Positions 11,567-21,897 of a DNA stretch of 64,000 nt are shown here, in pieces. The notes under the pieces are model-generated. The model was given only the letters and a program-made list of their open reading frames with translations, searched no databases and had not been told where the DNA came from. This DNA comes from Chthoniobacterales bacterium. Its GTDB lineage: Bacteria > Verrucomicrobiota > Verrucomicrobiia > Chthoniobacterales > Chthoniobacteraceae. The position numbers were made by a program, and so were the translations under genes. The stretch is taken from contig JBBQZX010000017.1 of assembly GCA_038207335.1 (NCBI GenBank), forward strand, positions 51,787 through 115,786, read 5' to 3'. Numbering within the stretch: the stretch's first letter is position 1; the number at the start of each line of letters is the position of its first letter.

Positions 11567-13567
11567 TCAGGGCAGGCGGAGATCGCAGGTGAGGAGCGTG
11601 GGGTTGAGCTTTTTGCAGGGGGCGGATTTTTTCGTTGGCGGCGCAGGATGCGCGATGGGCTCGAAGGTGCGGCTGCTGTCTAGGAGCTGGTAGGCGGTTA
11701 TTTTTTTTCCGCGCGAGATCGTGACGACGAGCGGCATCTGCGGCGGCATCCCGGGATGGAGCGAGGGGTAGAGCGCGGTGCGGCGGTATCGCAGGCCGGT
11801 GCCAAATTTGCCTCCGGTAAAGGGCACCAAATCGAGGCGGCGTCCATTGACATGCAGGATGCAATTTTTCGCAAAATCCGGACTCGCGAGGAACTCGATG
11901 CGCTCGATGGAGGTATCGACGAAGCGGCTGGTGCTGCCGCCCTCGAGCGGCTGCTCGCACAGCAGCGGCCAGCCTTCGTGAGCTGCACGGATCGTGAGCG
12001 TGGCGGTGTCGTCGCGGTGCGCGAGCATCTCGGGAAAACGCCAGGCTGCGATGTCTCGGAAGATTCTCTCGGGGAGCGGAAAGCCGCCCTTTTTCAAATC
12101 GCGCAGGATGACGGCGAAGTCGGCCCACAGATGCGCGGGCAGGAAATAGCGGTCGTGCAGCGCGTCGCCGTGCTCGATGAGCGGTTCGTCGAATGGGCGC
12201 GCGAGGAGGTGTGCGGCGAGCGCGTGCCAGAGGAGCGCGATAGCCGACATCCAGTCGGCGCGCGGGAGCGACTCGACGGCGCGGAATTCGATGAGGCCGC
12301 GGCAGCCGCCGTCGAAGGCGACATTCCAGAATTTGTCGAAGCTGATTTCGCTTCGGTGCGTGTTGCCGGAGGAGTCGGTGTGAAGGTGGCGCAGCGTCTC
12401 GCTCAAGAGTCCGCGGTGATCGCCGGGCGGGAGCTGTGCGAGGAATTGGTAAGCGAGCTCGAGGTCGTAGAGGTTGCTGGCGGATTCGTCGGGGCGCGGT
12501 GCCTGCGAGGACGGGCCGACGTATTGGCCGGTGAAAATGTAGGCGAGCGAGGGGTGATGCTGCCAGTAGCGGAGGATCGAGGTGATCCAGCGCGGGTGGG
12601 TGAAGAGCGCGTTTTGCTCGATGCTGGGGCCACCGAAAAGCAGGTGATTTCCGCCGCCGGTGCCCTTTTCGTCGTTAAGAGACTTTTTGAACGAGCGCAG
12701 TCCAGCGGCTTCGGCGGCGCGTTCGAGGTCGCGCATCCAGCGGTCGTAGTCGGTCCATGTGGCGCATGGAGGGAGGTTGATTTCGAGTACGCCGGGGTCA
12801 GCAGTGATGCCGACGCGCATCCAGATCTCCGCATCGTCGGAGGGGACGTAACCGGAAAGGACGGGTAGGGCGCAGGATGCTTTTTTCGCGGCTGTGGCGA
12901 GGCGATTGACGAGGTCGATGAATGCCGGCTGGAGCAGCGGCGGGAGGAAAACGTGGAGCTGTCCATCGCGCTCCTCGAGCGTGAGCGCGCGCCGGCTGAT
13001 GCCCGCTGGCACAGCCGCGAGCGGGAGCCGAAGGCCAGCGGGACCGTCCGCGCGGAGGAGGTCAAATTTTGCGCCGAGCTTCCAGTCGGCGCTCGTGAAG
13101 CGTTTGCCATTGTGGTCGAGCGGCAGCACCCAGACGGCGCGCTCGGGGTCGAGGGGGTCGCTGGCGCGCAGCCATTTCACCTTGAGTTTCAGCGCAGAGA
13201 GCAGCGCGCTTTTCATCCGTGCGAGCGCGCCCGCGGGTCGTCCTGCGGGCGGGTGCTCGATGATCGGCGTGTCGTCGCGACGCCAGAGGAGATTGATCGC
13301 CCAGCGCGGGTTCGGCTCGCCGGGGTATTGCTTGCCGGGCGAGTAAATCGCGAGGGCGTGCGGGAGCGTCTGCGCGATGAGCGCGTCGGCGAAGGCGTAA
13401 GCGTAGCGGAGCTTCGTGGGGCCGAGCGCAGTGATGCTCCACTCGCTGCCGAGCGGCTCGATGGGCACGTAGGTCGGCTCGCCGCCCAGCGTGAGCGCGA
13501 CGCGGTGGAGAGAGAATGTGGACGCGATTTTCGCGACGGTGGCGGCGATGGGATCAGGCGACTTCAT
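11567..13567 (-). CDS. DUF2126 putative amidoligase (transglutaminase-associated)
   Basis: LTLGGEPTYV, GKQYPGEPNPRW, TADPGVLEINLPP, GTGGGNH, WQHHPSLAYIFTGQYVGPSSQAPRPDE, GNTHRSEISFDK, GLIEFRA. Confidence 0.85.
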   Translation of the reverse strand: MKSPDPIAATVAKIASTFSLHRVALTLGGEPTYVPIEPLGSEWSITALGPTKLRYAYAFADALIAQTLPHALAIYSPGKQYPGEPNPRWAINLLWRRDDTPIIEHPPAGRPAGALARMKSALLSALKLKVKWLRASDPLDPERAVWVLPLDHNGKRFTSADWKLGAKFDLLRADGPAGLRLPLAAVPAGISRRALTLEERDGQLHVFLPPLLQPAFIDLVNRLATAAKKASCALPVLSGYVPSDDAEIWMRVGITADPGVLEINLPPCATWTDYDRWMRDLERAAEAAGLRSFKKSLNDEKGTGGGNHLLFGGPSIEQNALFTHPRWITSILRYWQHHPSLAYIFTGQYVGPSSQAPRPDESASNLYDLELAYQFLAQLPPGDHRGLLSETLRHLHTDSSGNTHRSEISFDKFWNVAFDGGCRGLIEFRAVESLPRADWMSAIALLWHALAAHLLARPFDEPLIEHGDALHDRYFLPAHLWADFAVILRDLKKGGFPLPERIFRDIAAWRFPEMLAHRDDTATLTIRAAHEGWPLLCEQPLEGGSTSRFVDTSIERIEFLASPDFAKNCILHVNGRRLDLVPFTGGKFGTGLRYRRTALYPSLHPGMPPQMPLVVTISRGKKITAYQLLDSSRTFEPIAHPAPPTKKSAPCKKLNPTLLTCDLRLP

Positions 13568-14396
13568 GGATGGAAAGCGATGCGGTCATGTCGGCGGGTA
13601 CGTGCCCTTTGTGAAAGTAGCGGCCGAGGATGGGGGAGACATCGGCGGGCGTGAGGCCGACCGCGGCAGTGATGTGGTTGTGATTGCAGAGGACGCCATT
13701 CGTCGGGTCGAAGCCGACCCAGCCGGCACCCGGCAGATACGCTTCCGTCCACGCGTGCAATGCGCCCTCGGCTGTCTTTTTCTCCGCACCGAATTCGCAT
13801 AAATAGCCGCTGGCGAGCCTAGCAGCGAGGCCGAGCCCACGCAGAGTCTCCGCGAGCAGGACGGCGAAATCGCGGCACGCGCCGCGCCCAAGAGCGAGTG
13901 TTTCGGCGGGCGCGCGCGGCGCGCCTTCCTCCCGGCGCTCGTATTCGAGGTGGTCGTGAATCGCGCTGTTTAACTCTACGAGCACGCCGATTGTCGGCTG
14001 CGCAGCGACGGGAGGCTTCCAAAATGGCAGCTCGATTTTTGCCGCTTCGTCGCGATATGGCGCTAGGACGTATTCCTCCTCGGGCATATACTTGAACGGC
14101 AAATCGAGCGCGTGCGAATCGAGCAGAAAGCCGAAGGCGTTGCGCGGCTCGACTTCGAGTTCGAGGCGCAGAGTCGCGGCGAGGAGTGCGGATTTTTCGG
14201 GATAAAAACAGGAAGCGATCTCGTTGTCGAAAAGGTCGCGGCGATAGCTCACGGCGGAGTCGATATTCGTCATGAAATCGGCACGGCGAACGGCGAGATG
14301 GCGGTCCGCTTTTGGAAATAGCCGGAACAAGTGGCGCGAGAAGCTGACGGGCTCCGCGTAGGCGTATTGCGTCTGATATTGGATTAACACTTTCAT
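13554..14396 (-). CDS. Transglutaminase-like protein (Bact_transglu_N + core)
   Basis: YQTQYAYAEPV N-terminus; catalytic GACRDFA, LHAWTEAYLPGAGWVGFDPTN. Confidence 0.9.
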   Translation of the reverse strand: MKVLIQYQTQYAYAEPVSFSRHLFRLFPKADRHLAVRRADFMTNIDSAVSYRRDLFDNEIASCFYPEKSALLAATLRLELEVEPRNAFGFLLDSHALDLPFKYMPEEEYVLAPYRDEAAKIELPFWKPPVAAQPTIGVLVELNSAIHDHLEYERREEGAPRAPAETLALGRGACRDFAVLLAETLRGLGLAARLASGYLCEFGAEKKTAEGALHAWTEAYLPGAGWVGFDPTNGVLCNHNHITAAVGLTPADVSPILGRYFHKGHVPADMTASLSIHEVA

Positions 14397-15271
14397 GGAT
14401 GGATGCGTGTGCCGTTGCGCCGTTTCATGACCACTCGTACGCGCATCACCTGGCCGCCGCTGCCTTTGAATGTGCCGCGCAACGGTGTGGCGTCGGTGTA
14501 ATCGCGGCCGACCGAGACGGCGACGTGGCGCTCGCCGACCCATTGGCGATTGGTCGGGTCGAGGGCCACCCAGCGCATCCCGGGGACGAGCGTCTCGATC
14601 CACGCGTGGGTCGCGACGGCGCCGGTGAGGCGCGCGCCGCTGCGTGGCGGATCGGTCTCGATGTAGCCGCAGACGTAGCGCGCAGGCAGGCCGGCGGTGC
14701 GCACGATGCTGAGCATGATGTGCGCGAAATCCTGGCAGACGCCGGTTTTCGATTTCCAGATCGCGGCGAGCGGCGTGGAGTTTTCCGTCGAACCGGACTG
14801 GTATTTGAACTCTGTGTGAATCGCCTCGTTCAATCGCTGGAGCCCCTCGCCGATCGATGCGCGGCTGCCGAGATATTTGTTCGCCCACACGAGCGCGTCG
14901 CGTCCGATCGGCACGACGCGGGTAGGCTGGAGATACTCGAAAATGTCGGGCATCGCCGAGCCTAGGATTTGCCGCGCGTCGCCGACGCGGAGATCGAGGC
15001 TCTCAGCCGGGCGCTCCGCTGGATGCGTACGGACGGTCGCCTGATTCACAATGACGAGGTGCCGGTGGCGGAATGGAAGCGAATAGAAATCGACGTGATT
15101 CCCAAAGTGATCGGTGTAGCCGGAGGCCTTCACATCCGGGTCGATCGTGAGCCGGTGATTCACGACGGTCTGCGACGGCGAATCGGGCGGACGCAGCCGC
15201 GCCTCACCATACGCCTCGGCGGCGGGATGCCCGTATTTGTAGCGTGTGGTGTGCGTGATCTCGAATTCCAT
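14393..15271 (-). CDS. Transglutaminase-like protein (Bact_transglu_N + core)
   Basis: ITHTTRYKY; GVCQDFAH, THAWIE, LDPTN, GRDYTDATP. Confidence 0.92.
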   Translation of the reverse strand: MEFEITHTTRYKYGHPAAEAYGEARLRPPDSPSQTVVNHRLTIDPDVKASGYTDHFGNHVDFYSLPFRHRHLVIVNQATVRTHPAERPAESLDLRVGDARQILGSAMPDIFEYLQPTRVVPIGRDALVWANKYLGSRASIGEGLQRLNEAIHTEFKYQSGSTENSTPLAAIWKSKTGVCQDFAHIMLSIVRTAGLPARYVCGYIETDPPRSGARLTGAVATHAWIETLVPGMRWVALDPTNRQWVGERHVAVSVGRDYTDATPLRGTFKGSGGQVMRVRVVMKRRNGTRIHP

Positions 15272-15356
15272 CGGCGGGCGGAGTGTTCCCTACTTGCCAA
15301 CGCGGGCGAAGCGAAGAACCTCGTCCGCCCCACTTTTCACCAGCTAGAAAAACATC

Positions 15357-16439
15357 ATGTCCAGCCAGTTCGGCCACCTTTTCAAAATCAGCACTTGGGG
15401 CGAATCGCACGGCGGTGGAGTCGGCGTAGTGATCGACGGCTGTCCGCCGCGCATCCCGCTCGATGAGACGCTGATCCAGCGCGATCTCGACCGGCGGCGG
15501 CCCGGGCAGAGCGAAATCGTGACGCCGCGCGATGAGGCGGACGAGTGCCGGATTTTGAGCGGGGTCTTCGAAGGGAAGACGCTCGGAACGCCGATTTGCA
15601 TCGCGGTAATGAACAAGGACGCGCGCCCGGAATCGTATCGGGAAATGGAGAGCGCGTTCCGTCCGTCACACGCGGATTACACGACAGAGGCGAAGTACGG
15701 GATTCGGAATTGGCAGGGCGGCGGGCGGGCGTCGGCGCGCGAGACGATCGGGCGCGTGGCCGCGGCGGCGGTGGCGAAAGCCGCGCTGGCGCAGGAATTT
15801 CCGCAACTCGATATCGTGGCGTATGTCAAATCGATTCACCATCTCACGGCCGCAGTCGATCCGGCGACGGTGACGCTGGAGCAAGTCGAGGCGAATATCG
15901 TGCGCTGCCCGGACCCGGCGGCAGCGGAGGAGATGACCGCGTTCATCAAGCAAATCCGAAGCGAAGGGGACAGCGTCGGCGGGACGATTGAGTGCGTGAT
16001 CCGCGGCTGTCCGCCGGGGCTCGGCGAGCCGGTTTTCGACAAGCTGGAGGCTGAGCTCGCCAAGGCGATGATGAGCCTGCCGGCGACGAAAGGCTTCGAG
16101 ATCGGGAGCGGATTTTCGGGGACGAAAATGAAGGGCAGCGAGCACAACGATGCCTTCGTGATGGAGGGCGCTCGGGTGCGGACGGCGAGCAACCGTTCGG
16201 GCGGAATCCAAGGCGGCATCAGCAACGGCGAGGCGATCGAGATGCGGATCGCGTTCAAGCCTACGGCGACGATTTTCCAATCGCAGCAGACGGTGACGAC
16301 CGCACACGAGCCGACGGAATTGAAAGCGCGCGGGCGTCACGATCCGTGCGTGCTGCCGCGCGCGGTTCCGATGGTGGAAGCGATGGCAGCACTGGTGGTA
16401 TGCGACCACTGGCTGCGGCAGCGGGCGCAGTGCGGGTGA
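15357..16439 (+). CDS. aroC: Chorismate synthase
   Basis: [47 protein letters not shown]. Confidence 0.97.
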   Translation: MSSQFGHLFKISTWGESHGGGVGVVIDGCPPRIPLDETLIQRDLDRRRPGQSEIVTPRDEADECRILSGVFEGKTLGTPICIAVMNKDARPESYREMESAFRPSHADYTTEAKYGIRNWQGGGRASARETIGRVAAAAVAKAALAQEFPQLDIVAYVKSIHHLTAAVDPATVTLEQVEANIVRCPDPAAAEEMTAFIKQIRSEGDSVGGTIECVIRGCPPGLGEPVFDKLEAELAKAMMSLPATKGFEIGSGFSGTKMKGSEHNDAFVMEGARVRTASNRSGGIQGGISNGEAIEMRIAFKPTATIFQSQQTVTTAHEPTELKARGRHDPCVLPRAVPMVEAMAALVVCDHWLRQRAQCG

Positions 16440-16458
16440 TTTTCGGAGTGCGAACCGG

Positions 16459-16707
16459 TCAGTCTTCCTCGCCGGGGAGCTTCATCTCGAAGACCACCAT
16501 CGCATCACCTTCCTCGTCACCGGGGCGCGGGCCGAGGCTGAGGGCACGGTAGGCTTCCTCGAGAGCGCGCGGGTTGTTGCGGAGCGCGGGGAAGACGACG
16601 AGCAGGCGCTGCTTCACCCAACGTTTTGCCATGCTGCGATCGATCGGGTGCAGCGGCGGCTGCCGGCGAAACGCGCGGGCGATGCGGTTGAAAATGCCGA
16701 CATTCAT
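16459..16707 (-). CDS. Small hypothetical protein
   Basis: 82-aa ORF MNVGIFNRIARAF...VFEMKLPGEED filling the gap between aroC and the enolase gene. Confidence 0.6.
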   Translation of the reverse strand: MNVGIFNRIARAFRRQPPLHPIDRSMAKRWVKQRLLVVFPALRNNPRALEEAYRALSLGPRPGDEEGDAMVVFEMKLPGEED

Positions 16708-16771
16708 GGATGCCTGAGAGTAGCACTGAGGCGCGATTTTTCCCGAAGAAAAGCCGACGCCGCGCGGCTCA

Positions 16772-18160
16772 CTACGCGCCGAATGAAGCCGCTGGCGCGG
16801 GGAGCGTGCGGTCGATTTCCGGGATGTGGTATCCGAAGCCGGGACCGCGGATCGTGCTGAGATCGAGGACACCATTGCGGCGGCGGAAGACGCCGGGATG
16901 CACGCGTGACTCGGGCTCGGAGGCGGCTGGGTAAAATTGCATCCCGTTGCTCTCGACGCCCATGATCGTGCCGGCGTGCGCGGCGAGGAGGACGTGCGGG
17001 ATTTGCGCGAGCATCGGGTTTGTGAGGTCCTGCACCATGAGTGTCATGCCATGTGCGCGCGCCCAGCAGAGGCTGAGGATCGCGCCGGTGAGTGTCTTGC
17101 AAGTTTTCAGCGCTACGCCGGTCCAGCCGAGTTCGCGGCCGAGGCGCGCGAATTTCCAGTCGTGCGCGCTTTCGTCGAGGAAGAGCGGTTTGCGCGCACT
17201 GACGCTGCGGACGTCGATGCGGTGCGCCTCGAGGTCGTACGGGAATGGCTGCTCGACGTAGAGCAACATGCCGGAGATGCGCGGCTCGTCGGCGAGCAGG
17301 TGGTCGAGGATTTCGGTGACGTAGAGCGGGTCGGTCACAGTGCAGTTGAAGTCGGTCGTGAGCCAGTCCGCGCCCTCCTCGATCGCGATGCGGCCGACGC
17401 GCACGATGCGGTCGTAGTCCCACGCCGCGTCGTTTCCGCGCAGCTTGATTTTGAGGCAGCGTAGGCCATCGGCGCGAATCCAGTCGCGCAGGAGCACGGG
17501 GTATTCATCGGCGGGTTCGGCGCCGGTGAGTTCGCTCGGATCGATCGGATCAAGGCCGCCGACGAGATGCCAGACCGGCAGGCGGTCGCGGCGCTGAGTG
17601 AGAAAATCGGACGGCCATCGATTGGCGAAGCGGTCGGCGGGTTCGAGGAATGTCGCTAGGTCGGAGGCGAGAAAGTCAGGCGTGAAAGTGTCGAAGACAG
17701 GAACGCCGTGGAGCGTTCCGAATGCGTCGTAAATCGCAAGATCGAAGAGCGAGTGGCAGACGAGCGCGGCGAGATGCGGCATCGGGTCGCCGGCATGCGC
17801 GGCGTTGTGCTCGGCGAGCAGGGCGTCGAGGCGCTGGTTTTGAAAATGGTGGCCTAGCTCGAGCGGGTGGGCGGTTTCACCGAAGCTGCAAACCTCGGCA
17901 GCAAGACGCTCGCAGAAGTCGCGCATTCGCGTCTCACGGGCTTCCCAGCTCAGCTCGGATGGCCACACCCACGCCACGCTGAGCGGCGTCTCGCCCCAGC
18001 CCTCGGCACTGCGACCGATGGAGTCCTCAACTCGCACACAGACTCGCGCACAGACGACGTGGGTGAGGATTTGCGCGCCGAATTTCAGCGGCATCCGGGT
18101 CTCGACCGGGAGGTAGAAAAGTCGAGCGTCGTCGACGCGGATGTCGGTCGGGCTTGGCAC
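16772..18160 (-). CDS. Enolase-superfamily (mandelate racemase/muconate lactonizing-like) protein
   Basis: PLKFG, GWGETPLS, KIKLRG, TDFN, YVEQP, LDESAH, ALKTCK motifs. Confidence 0.85.
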   Translation of the reverse strand: MPSPTDIRVDDARLFYLPVETRMPLKFGAQILTHVVCARVCVRVEDSIGRSAEGWGETPLSVAWVWPSELSWEARETRMRDFCERLAAEVCSFGETAHPLELGHHFQNQRLDALLAEHNAAHAGDPMPHLAALVCHSLFDLAIYDAFGTLHGVPVFDTFTPDFLASDLATFLEPADRFANRWPSDFLTQRRDRLPVWHLVGGLDPIDPSELTGAEPADEYPVLLRDWIRADGLRCLKIKLRGNDAAWDYDRIVRVGRIAIEEGADWLTTDFNCTVTDPLYVTEILDHLLADEPRISGMLLYVEQPFPYDLEAHRIDVRSVSARKPLFLDESAHDWKFARLGRELGWTGVALKTCKTLTGAILSLCWARAHGMTLMVQDLTNPMLAQIPHVLLAAHAGTIMGVESNGMQFYPAASEPESRVHPGVFRRRNGVLDLSTIRGPGFGYHIPEIDRTLPAPAASFGA

Positions 18161-18219
18161 TGTGGGCGAGGCGGACGCAGCTCAGGGTGCGGCGGCAACC
18201 GGGTAGCACTCCGCGTGCG

Positions 18220-19125
18220 TCAGCGAGCCGCTTTTTTCGCGGGCTTCGCTGCGGCTTTTTTGGTTTTCGGCTTTTTGTTTTTTCCGAAGAGGCGATGAAG
18301 ATTTGCCAAGCCCACGGTCGCGATGTCGTCGCGTTTCGGCTCAATTTTTCTCCAGATCGCAGCGGCGCGAGCGATGACTTTCACGTCGGTCGTGAACGAC
18401 TCGATGACGATGTCGCTGTCATAGCCGACGTCCTTGAGAGCTTTCACGATCCCCTTCCACTCAAGCGAGTCATTTCCGGGGATGCCGCGGTCGGTGCCGC
18501 AGGCGTGGAAATGGCCGAGGTATTTACCGGCTTTGCGGATCGCATCGGCCTGGTTTTTCTCCTCGATGTTCATGTGAAATGTGTCGAGGTGCAGCTTCAC
18601 GTTGCTCGCGCCGATGGCCTTCACAAGTTTCAGGCCCTGATCGACGGTGTTGAGAAAATCGGTCTCGAAGCGGTTCAGCGGCTCGATGCAGAGGTCGATC
18701 CCCTTCGTCGCGGCGTAGGATGCGAGCTCTTTCAGATTGCGCACGACGGAGTCGAAGTGCTGCTTTTTCGCGATCTCCTCATGCGCGCCGGTGAGGCCGA
18801 CGACGCTGTAGAGCGGGCCGATGATGCGCGGGCAACCGATCGCCGCAGCCTGATCGACGAGGCCCTTGCAGTAGATCATCGCGGTTTTTTGGTCGTCGGT
18901 GCTGCCGCGGAAATCGCGGCCCGGTCCCATCGCCGCGCAGATGCTGCCGCACTCGAGGCCGTTCTTTTCGAGCGCGGATTTCACGCGCGCCGGATCGACA
19001 TGCGATGGGTCTTCAATCGGAATCTCGACGGTGTCGAAGCCCCATTCCTTGAATTTTGGGAACAGCTTCACGCTGTCGGTGGTGAAGGGCGAGGTGAAGA
19101 GGAACGTATTGATGCCGAAGCGCAT
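18220..19125 (-). CDS. D-psicose/D-tagatose 3-epimerase family sugar epimerase
   Basis: IEPLNRFET, HLDTFHMNIEE, HFHAC..DRGIPG, IESF; Lys/Ala-rich tail. Confidence 0.88.
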   Translation of the reverse strand: MRFGINTFLFTSPFTTDSVKLFPKFKEWGFDTVEIPIEDPSHVDPARVKSALEKNGLECGSICAAMGPGRDFRGSTDDQKTAMIYCKGLVDQAAAIGCPRIIGPLYSVVGLTGAHEEIAKKQHFDSVVRNLKELASYAATKGIDLCIEPLNRFETDFLNTVDQGLKLVKAIGASNVKLHLDTFHMNIEEKNQADAIRKAGKYLGHFHACGTDRGIPGNDSLEWKGIVKALKDVGYDSDIVIESFTTDVKVIARAAAIWRKIEPKRDDIATVGLANLHRLFGKNKKPKTKKAAAKPAKKAAR

Positions 19126-19247
19126 GGAGTGGGCGGGAATGAGGGTTTGGATTTTCGCGAAATGCGAACGTTCATTTGCGGCACGGAAGGCGCGCGAGTC
19201 AAGACTGCGCCTGCATTTGCGAATGCCCCGAGACACACGGGCAAAAG

Positions 19248-19279
19248 AAAACGCCGGAGTGTTTCCACTCCGGCGTTTT
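19248..19279. terminator. Bidirectional intrinsic terminator
   Basis: AAAACGCCGGAGTG-TTTC-CACTCCGGCGTTTT perfect hairpin with A/T runs on both sides, just after the OMP stop. Confidence 0.85.
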
Positions 19280-19304
19280 GAGTTTTTTTTGGCTCGGTTC
19301 TGAA

Positions 19305-19835
19305 TTAGAACACGAAGCGGACACCCACGCGGCTCATTGCAGCCGGACGGTCTTCCGCCCAGATGTAACGGCCTTCGGCGAAGATACCGAGGTGGTGCGT
19401 TGCGCGCCACTCGAGACCGCCGCCAGCGTGCCAACCGCCAACGGTCGTGCCGTCGGTGGTGAGGTCGCCGCCGCCGAGGATGTAAGGCGCGATGCAGAAG
19501 CTGCCGGACTCAATCGGGAGACGAGCGATGAGGCTCGTGTCGAAGTTCCATGCGCCATTGGCCTCGCCTTTGTATAGGTTGCCGGATGCTCCGATGCCGA
19601 CGTACTTGCAGAAGAAGTAGTTGACACCGAGACCGCCGCCGAACCCGTCGCCGTGATCACTGCGCTCGATCGAGTTCGTATAGCTGCCGAACAAGTCGAG
19701 TTGGAGTTCCTGGGCACGGAAGCAAGGCTCCGGCTCAGGCATTTGCTTGTAGTCTTTGTGACTGACTTCGTGGCCCGCAAAAGCAGAGCCAGCGACTGCG
19801 AAACCTGCGAGCAGGCTGAGTGCAATTTTGTTCAT
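19305..19835 (-). CDS. Small outer-membrane beta-barrel protein
   Basis: Signal peptide (SAFA-G), alternating beta strands (GGGLGVNYFF, GGGLEWR, IFAEGRY), C-terminal VGVRFVF. Confidence 0.85.
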   Translation of the reverse strand: MNKIALSLLAGFAVAGSAFAGHEVSHKDYKQMPEPEPCFRAQELQLDLFGSYTNSIERSDHGDGFGGGLGVNYFFCKYVGIGASGNLYKGEANGAWNFDTSLIARLPIESGSFCIAPYILGGGDLTTDGTTVGGWHAGGGLEWRATHHLGIFAEGRYIWAEDRPAAMSRVGVRFVF

Positions 19836-20122
19836 GTATTTTTTCCTTGGTTTGTTTGGTTTGTAGCGAGCCGGGGGCTCGCATGGGCAGAGTGGTAGGA
19901 ATGCGCGAATGGCTTGTAAAGCGGGAATTTCGCCAAAATGCGCAATAGACCGCACGAGAACTGCGCAGAATTATCCCGCTTTTCCCAGCCGCGTTTCCGC
20001 AAATGCCGCGTCTTCATAACCCAACGCGCTTTTCCCCCCGACATGTTCACCGTGGTGGATCCCGACCCTTTCGAGATTAAAGAAAGTAATTTTCTGCCGC
20101 CGAGCCCCTTCCGATTTTCCCA

Positions 20123-20150
20123 TTGTCTTTCCATTTTCACCCTCTAGAGT
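20123..20150 (+). promoter_or_regulatory. Putative sigma70 promoter of the prs operon
   Basis: TTGTCT-N16-TAGAGT, 20 nt before the prs ATG. Confidence 0.45.
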
Positions 20151-20170
20151 CGCCGTCCCTTTTTGCCAAA

Positions 20171-21136
20171 ATGCTCCCCGAGCGTCTCGAACTGAAGATT
20201 TTCGCCGGCTCCGCGCACCTTGAACTTGCGCGGCGCATCTGCGCGTTCGTGGGCGTCCCGCTCGGCGATGCCACGGTCACGTCGTTTCCCGATGGCGAGA
20301 CCTACGTGAAATTCAACGAGAACATCCGCGGGCGTGATGTCTTCATCGTCCAGCCGACCTGCCCGCCGACGAATCAAAACCTGATGGAACTGCTCATCAT
20401 GGTCGATGCGGCGCGGCGGGCTAGCGCGGCGCGGATCACCGCGGTCATGCCATTTTTCGGATACGCGCGGCAGGATCGGAAAGATCAGCCCCGCGTGCCA
20501 ATCACCGCAAAGCTCGTGGCAAATCTCCTCACAGCCGCCGGCGTCAGCCGCGTGCTCACGATGGACCTCCACGCGCAGCAGGTTGCCGGCTTTTTCGACA
20601 TCCCGGTCGATCACCTCTACGCGGCGCCTGTGCTCATCCGCTACATCCGCGAGAAAAAATTCGACAACCTGATCGTCGTCTCGCCGGATGTCGGTGGCTT
20701 GAAAATGGCGTCCGCATATTCCCAAGCGCTCGGCACTGAACTCGCGATCGTCGCCAAGCGCCGCATCAGCCCGACGGAGATCGAGGCGATGAATGTGATC
20801 GGCGAGGTGGAAGGGCGCGATGTCCTGCTCGTCGATGATCTTACCGAGACCGCCGGCACACTCACCAGCGCCGCGAAGATTCTGAAGGAACGCGGCGCAA
20901 AAAACGTCATTGCAGCCGTCTCTCACGCTGTGCTTGCCGACCTCGCGATCGAGCGCCTGCGCGACTCCGCGCTCAGCGAGCTCATCACTACAAACAGCGT
21001 CCCCGTCCGCGATGGCGAAGGTTTTCCCATCACCGAGCTGTGCATCGCCGAACTGCTTGGCGAGGGCATCAAGCGCATCCACAACGACGAATCCGTCTCA
21101 TCTCTCTTCAAAATCAGCGAAACAGAACGAATCTAA
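20171..21136 (+). CDS. prs: Ribose-phosphate pyrophosphokinase
   Basis: FPDGE, GYARQDRK, MDLHA, VSPDVGG, VDDLTETAGT. Confidence 0.97.
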   Translation: MLPERLELKIFAGSAHLELARRICAFVGVPLGDATVTSFPDGETYVKFNENIRGRDVFIVQPTCPPTNQNLMELLIMVDAARRASAARITAVMPFFGYARQDRKDQPRVPITAKLVANLLTAAGVSRVLTMDLHAQQVAGFFDIPVDHLYAAPVLIRYIREKKFDNLIVVSPDVGGLKMASAYSQALGTELAIVAKRRISPTEIEAMNVIGEVEGRDVLLVDDLTETAGTLTSAAKILKERGAKNVIAAVSHAVLADLAIERLRDSALSELITTNSVPVRDGEGFPITELCIAELLGEGIKRIHNDESVSSLFKISETERI

Positions 21137-21138
21137 AT

Positions 21139-21798
21139 ATGGCCAAACAAATCAAACTATCCGCGCAGACTCGCACCCAGATCGGGCGCACTGCAGTCAA
21201 GAAAATCAAAAGCCAAGGGCTCGTACCCGCCGTCATTTATGGCGGAAAAGATCAGCCGCAACCGCTGCAGCTCGTCGGGCGTGAAATCAACCGCGTCCTC
21301 AGCCACGCGGTCGGCGAGCACGTTCTCGTCGAGCTCGAAATTTCCGACAACAGCGCCATCACAAACCGCCTCGCGCTCATCAAGGAAGTGCAGCACGGCG
21401 CAGTCTCGCGCGAAATCCTGCACGTCGATTTCCATGCGGTGAATGCGAACGAAGTCCTGCATGCCGAAGTGCCCGTCGAGACCACCGGCGAGGCGGACGG
21501 CGTCAAGAACAACGGCGGCGTCCTCGAAATCAACCTGCACTCGCTCGAAGTCGAGTGTCTGCCGAAAGACCTACCCGAAATGATCACGATCGACGTCACG
21601 GCACTGAAGGTCGGCGACGCGATTCACGTCCAAGATCTCCAGCTCCCCGCGGGCGTCACCGTCCGGGCAAATCCCGAGCTCACCGTGGTCCACATCGCCG
21701 CTCCGAAAGTCGAAGTCGAGCCCGCCGCGGGCGAAGCCACCCCGCAGCCCGAAGTGCTCAAGGAGAAGAAGGAAGACGCCGCGCCCGAGAAGAAGTAA
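21139..21798 (+). CDS. rplY: 50S ribosomal protein L25/Ctc
   Basis: VPAVIYG, ILHVDF, GVKNNGG, EVECLPKDLPE; follows prs. Confidence 0.95.
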   Translation: MAKQIKLSAQTRTQIGRTAVKKIKSQGLVPAVIYGGKDQPQPLQLVGREINRVLSHAVGEHVLVELEISDNSAITNRLALIKEVQHGAVSREILHVDFHAVNANEVLHAEVPVETTGEADGVKNNGGVLEINLHSLEVECLPKDLPEMITIDVTALKVGDAIHVQDLQLPAGVTVRANPELTVVHIAAPKVEVEPAAGEATPQPEVLKEKKEDAAPEKK

Positions 21799-21897
21799 CG
21801 CAGCGTCGCGCGGGAGCATTCGATTTATGGAAACCCGGATCGGACTGCTCCCGCTCGCTGTCGAAAATCGCGCGCCCCGCCGGCACGAATTCGCCCC

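Noticed and set aside
19860..20170. Possible tRNA-Gln upstream of prs, as in many bacteria
   Set aside because: No cloverleaf, T-loop GTTCGA or CCA end could be found
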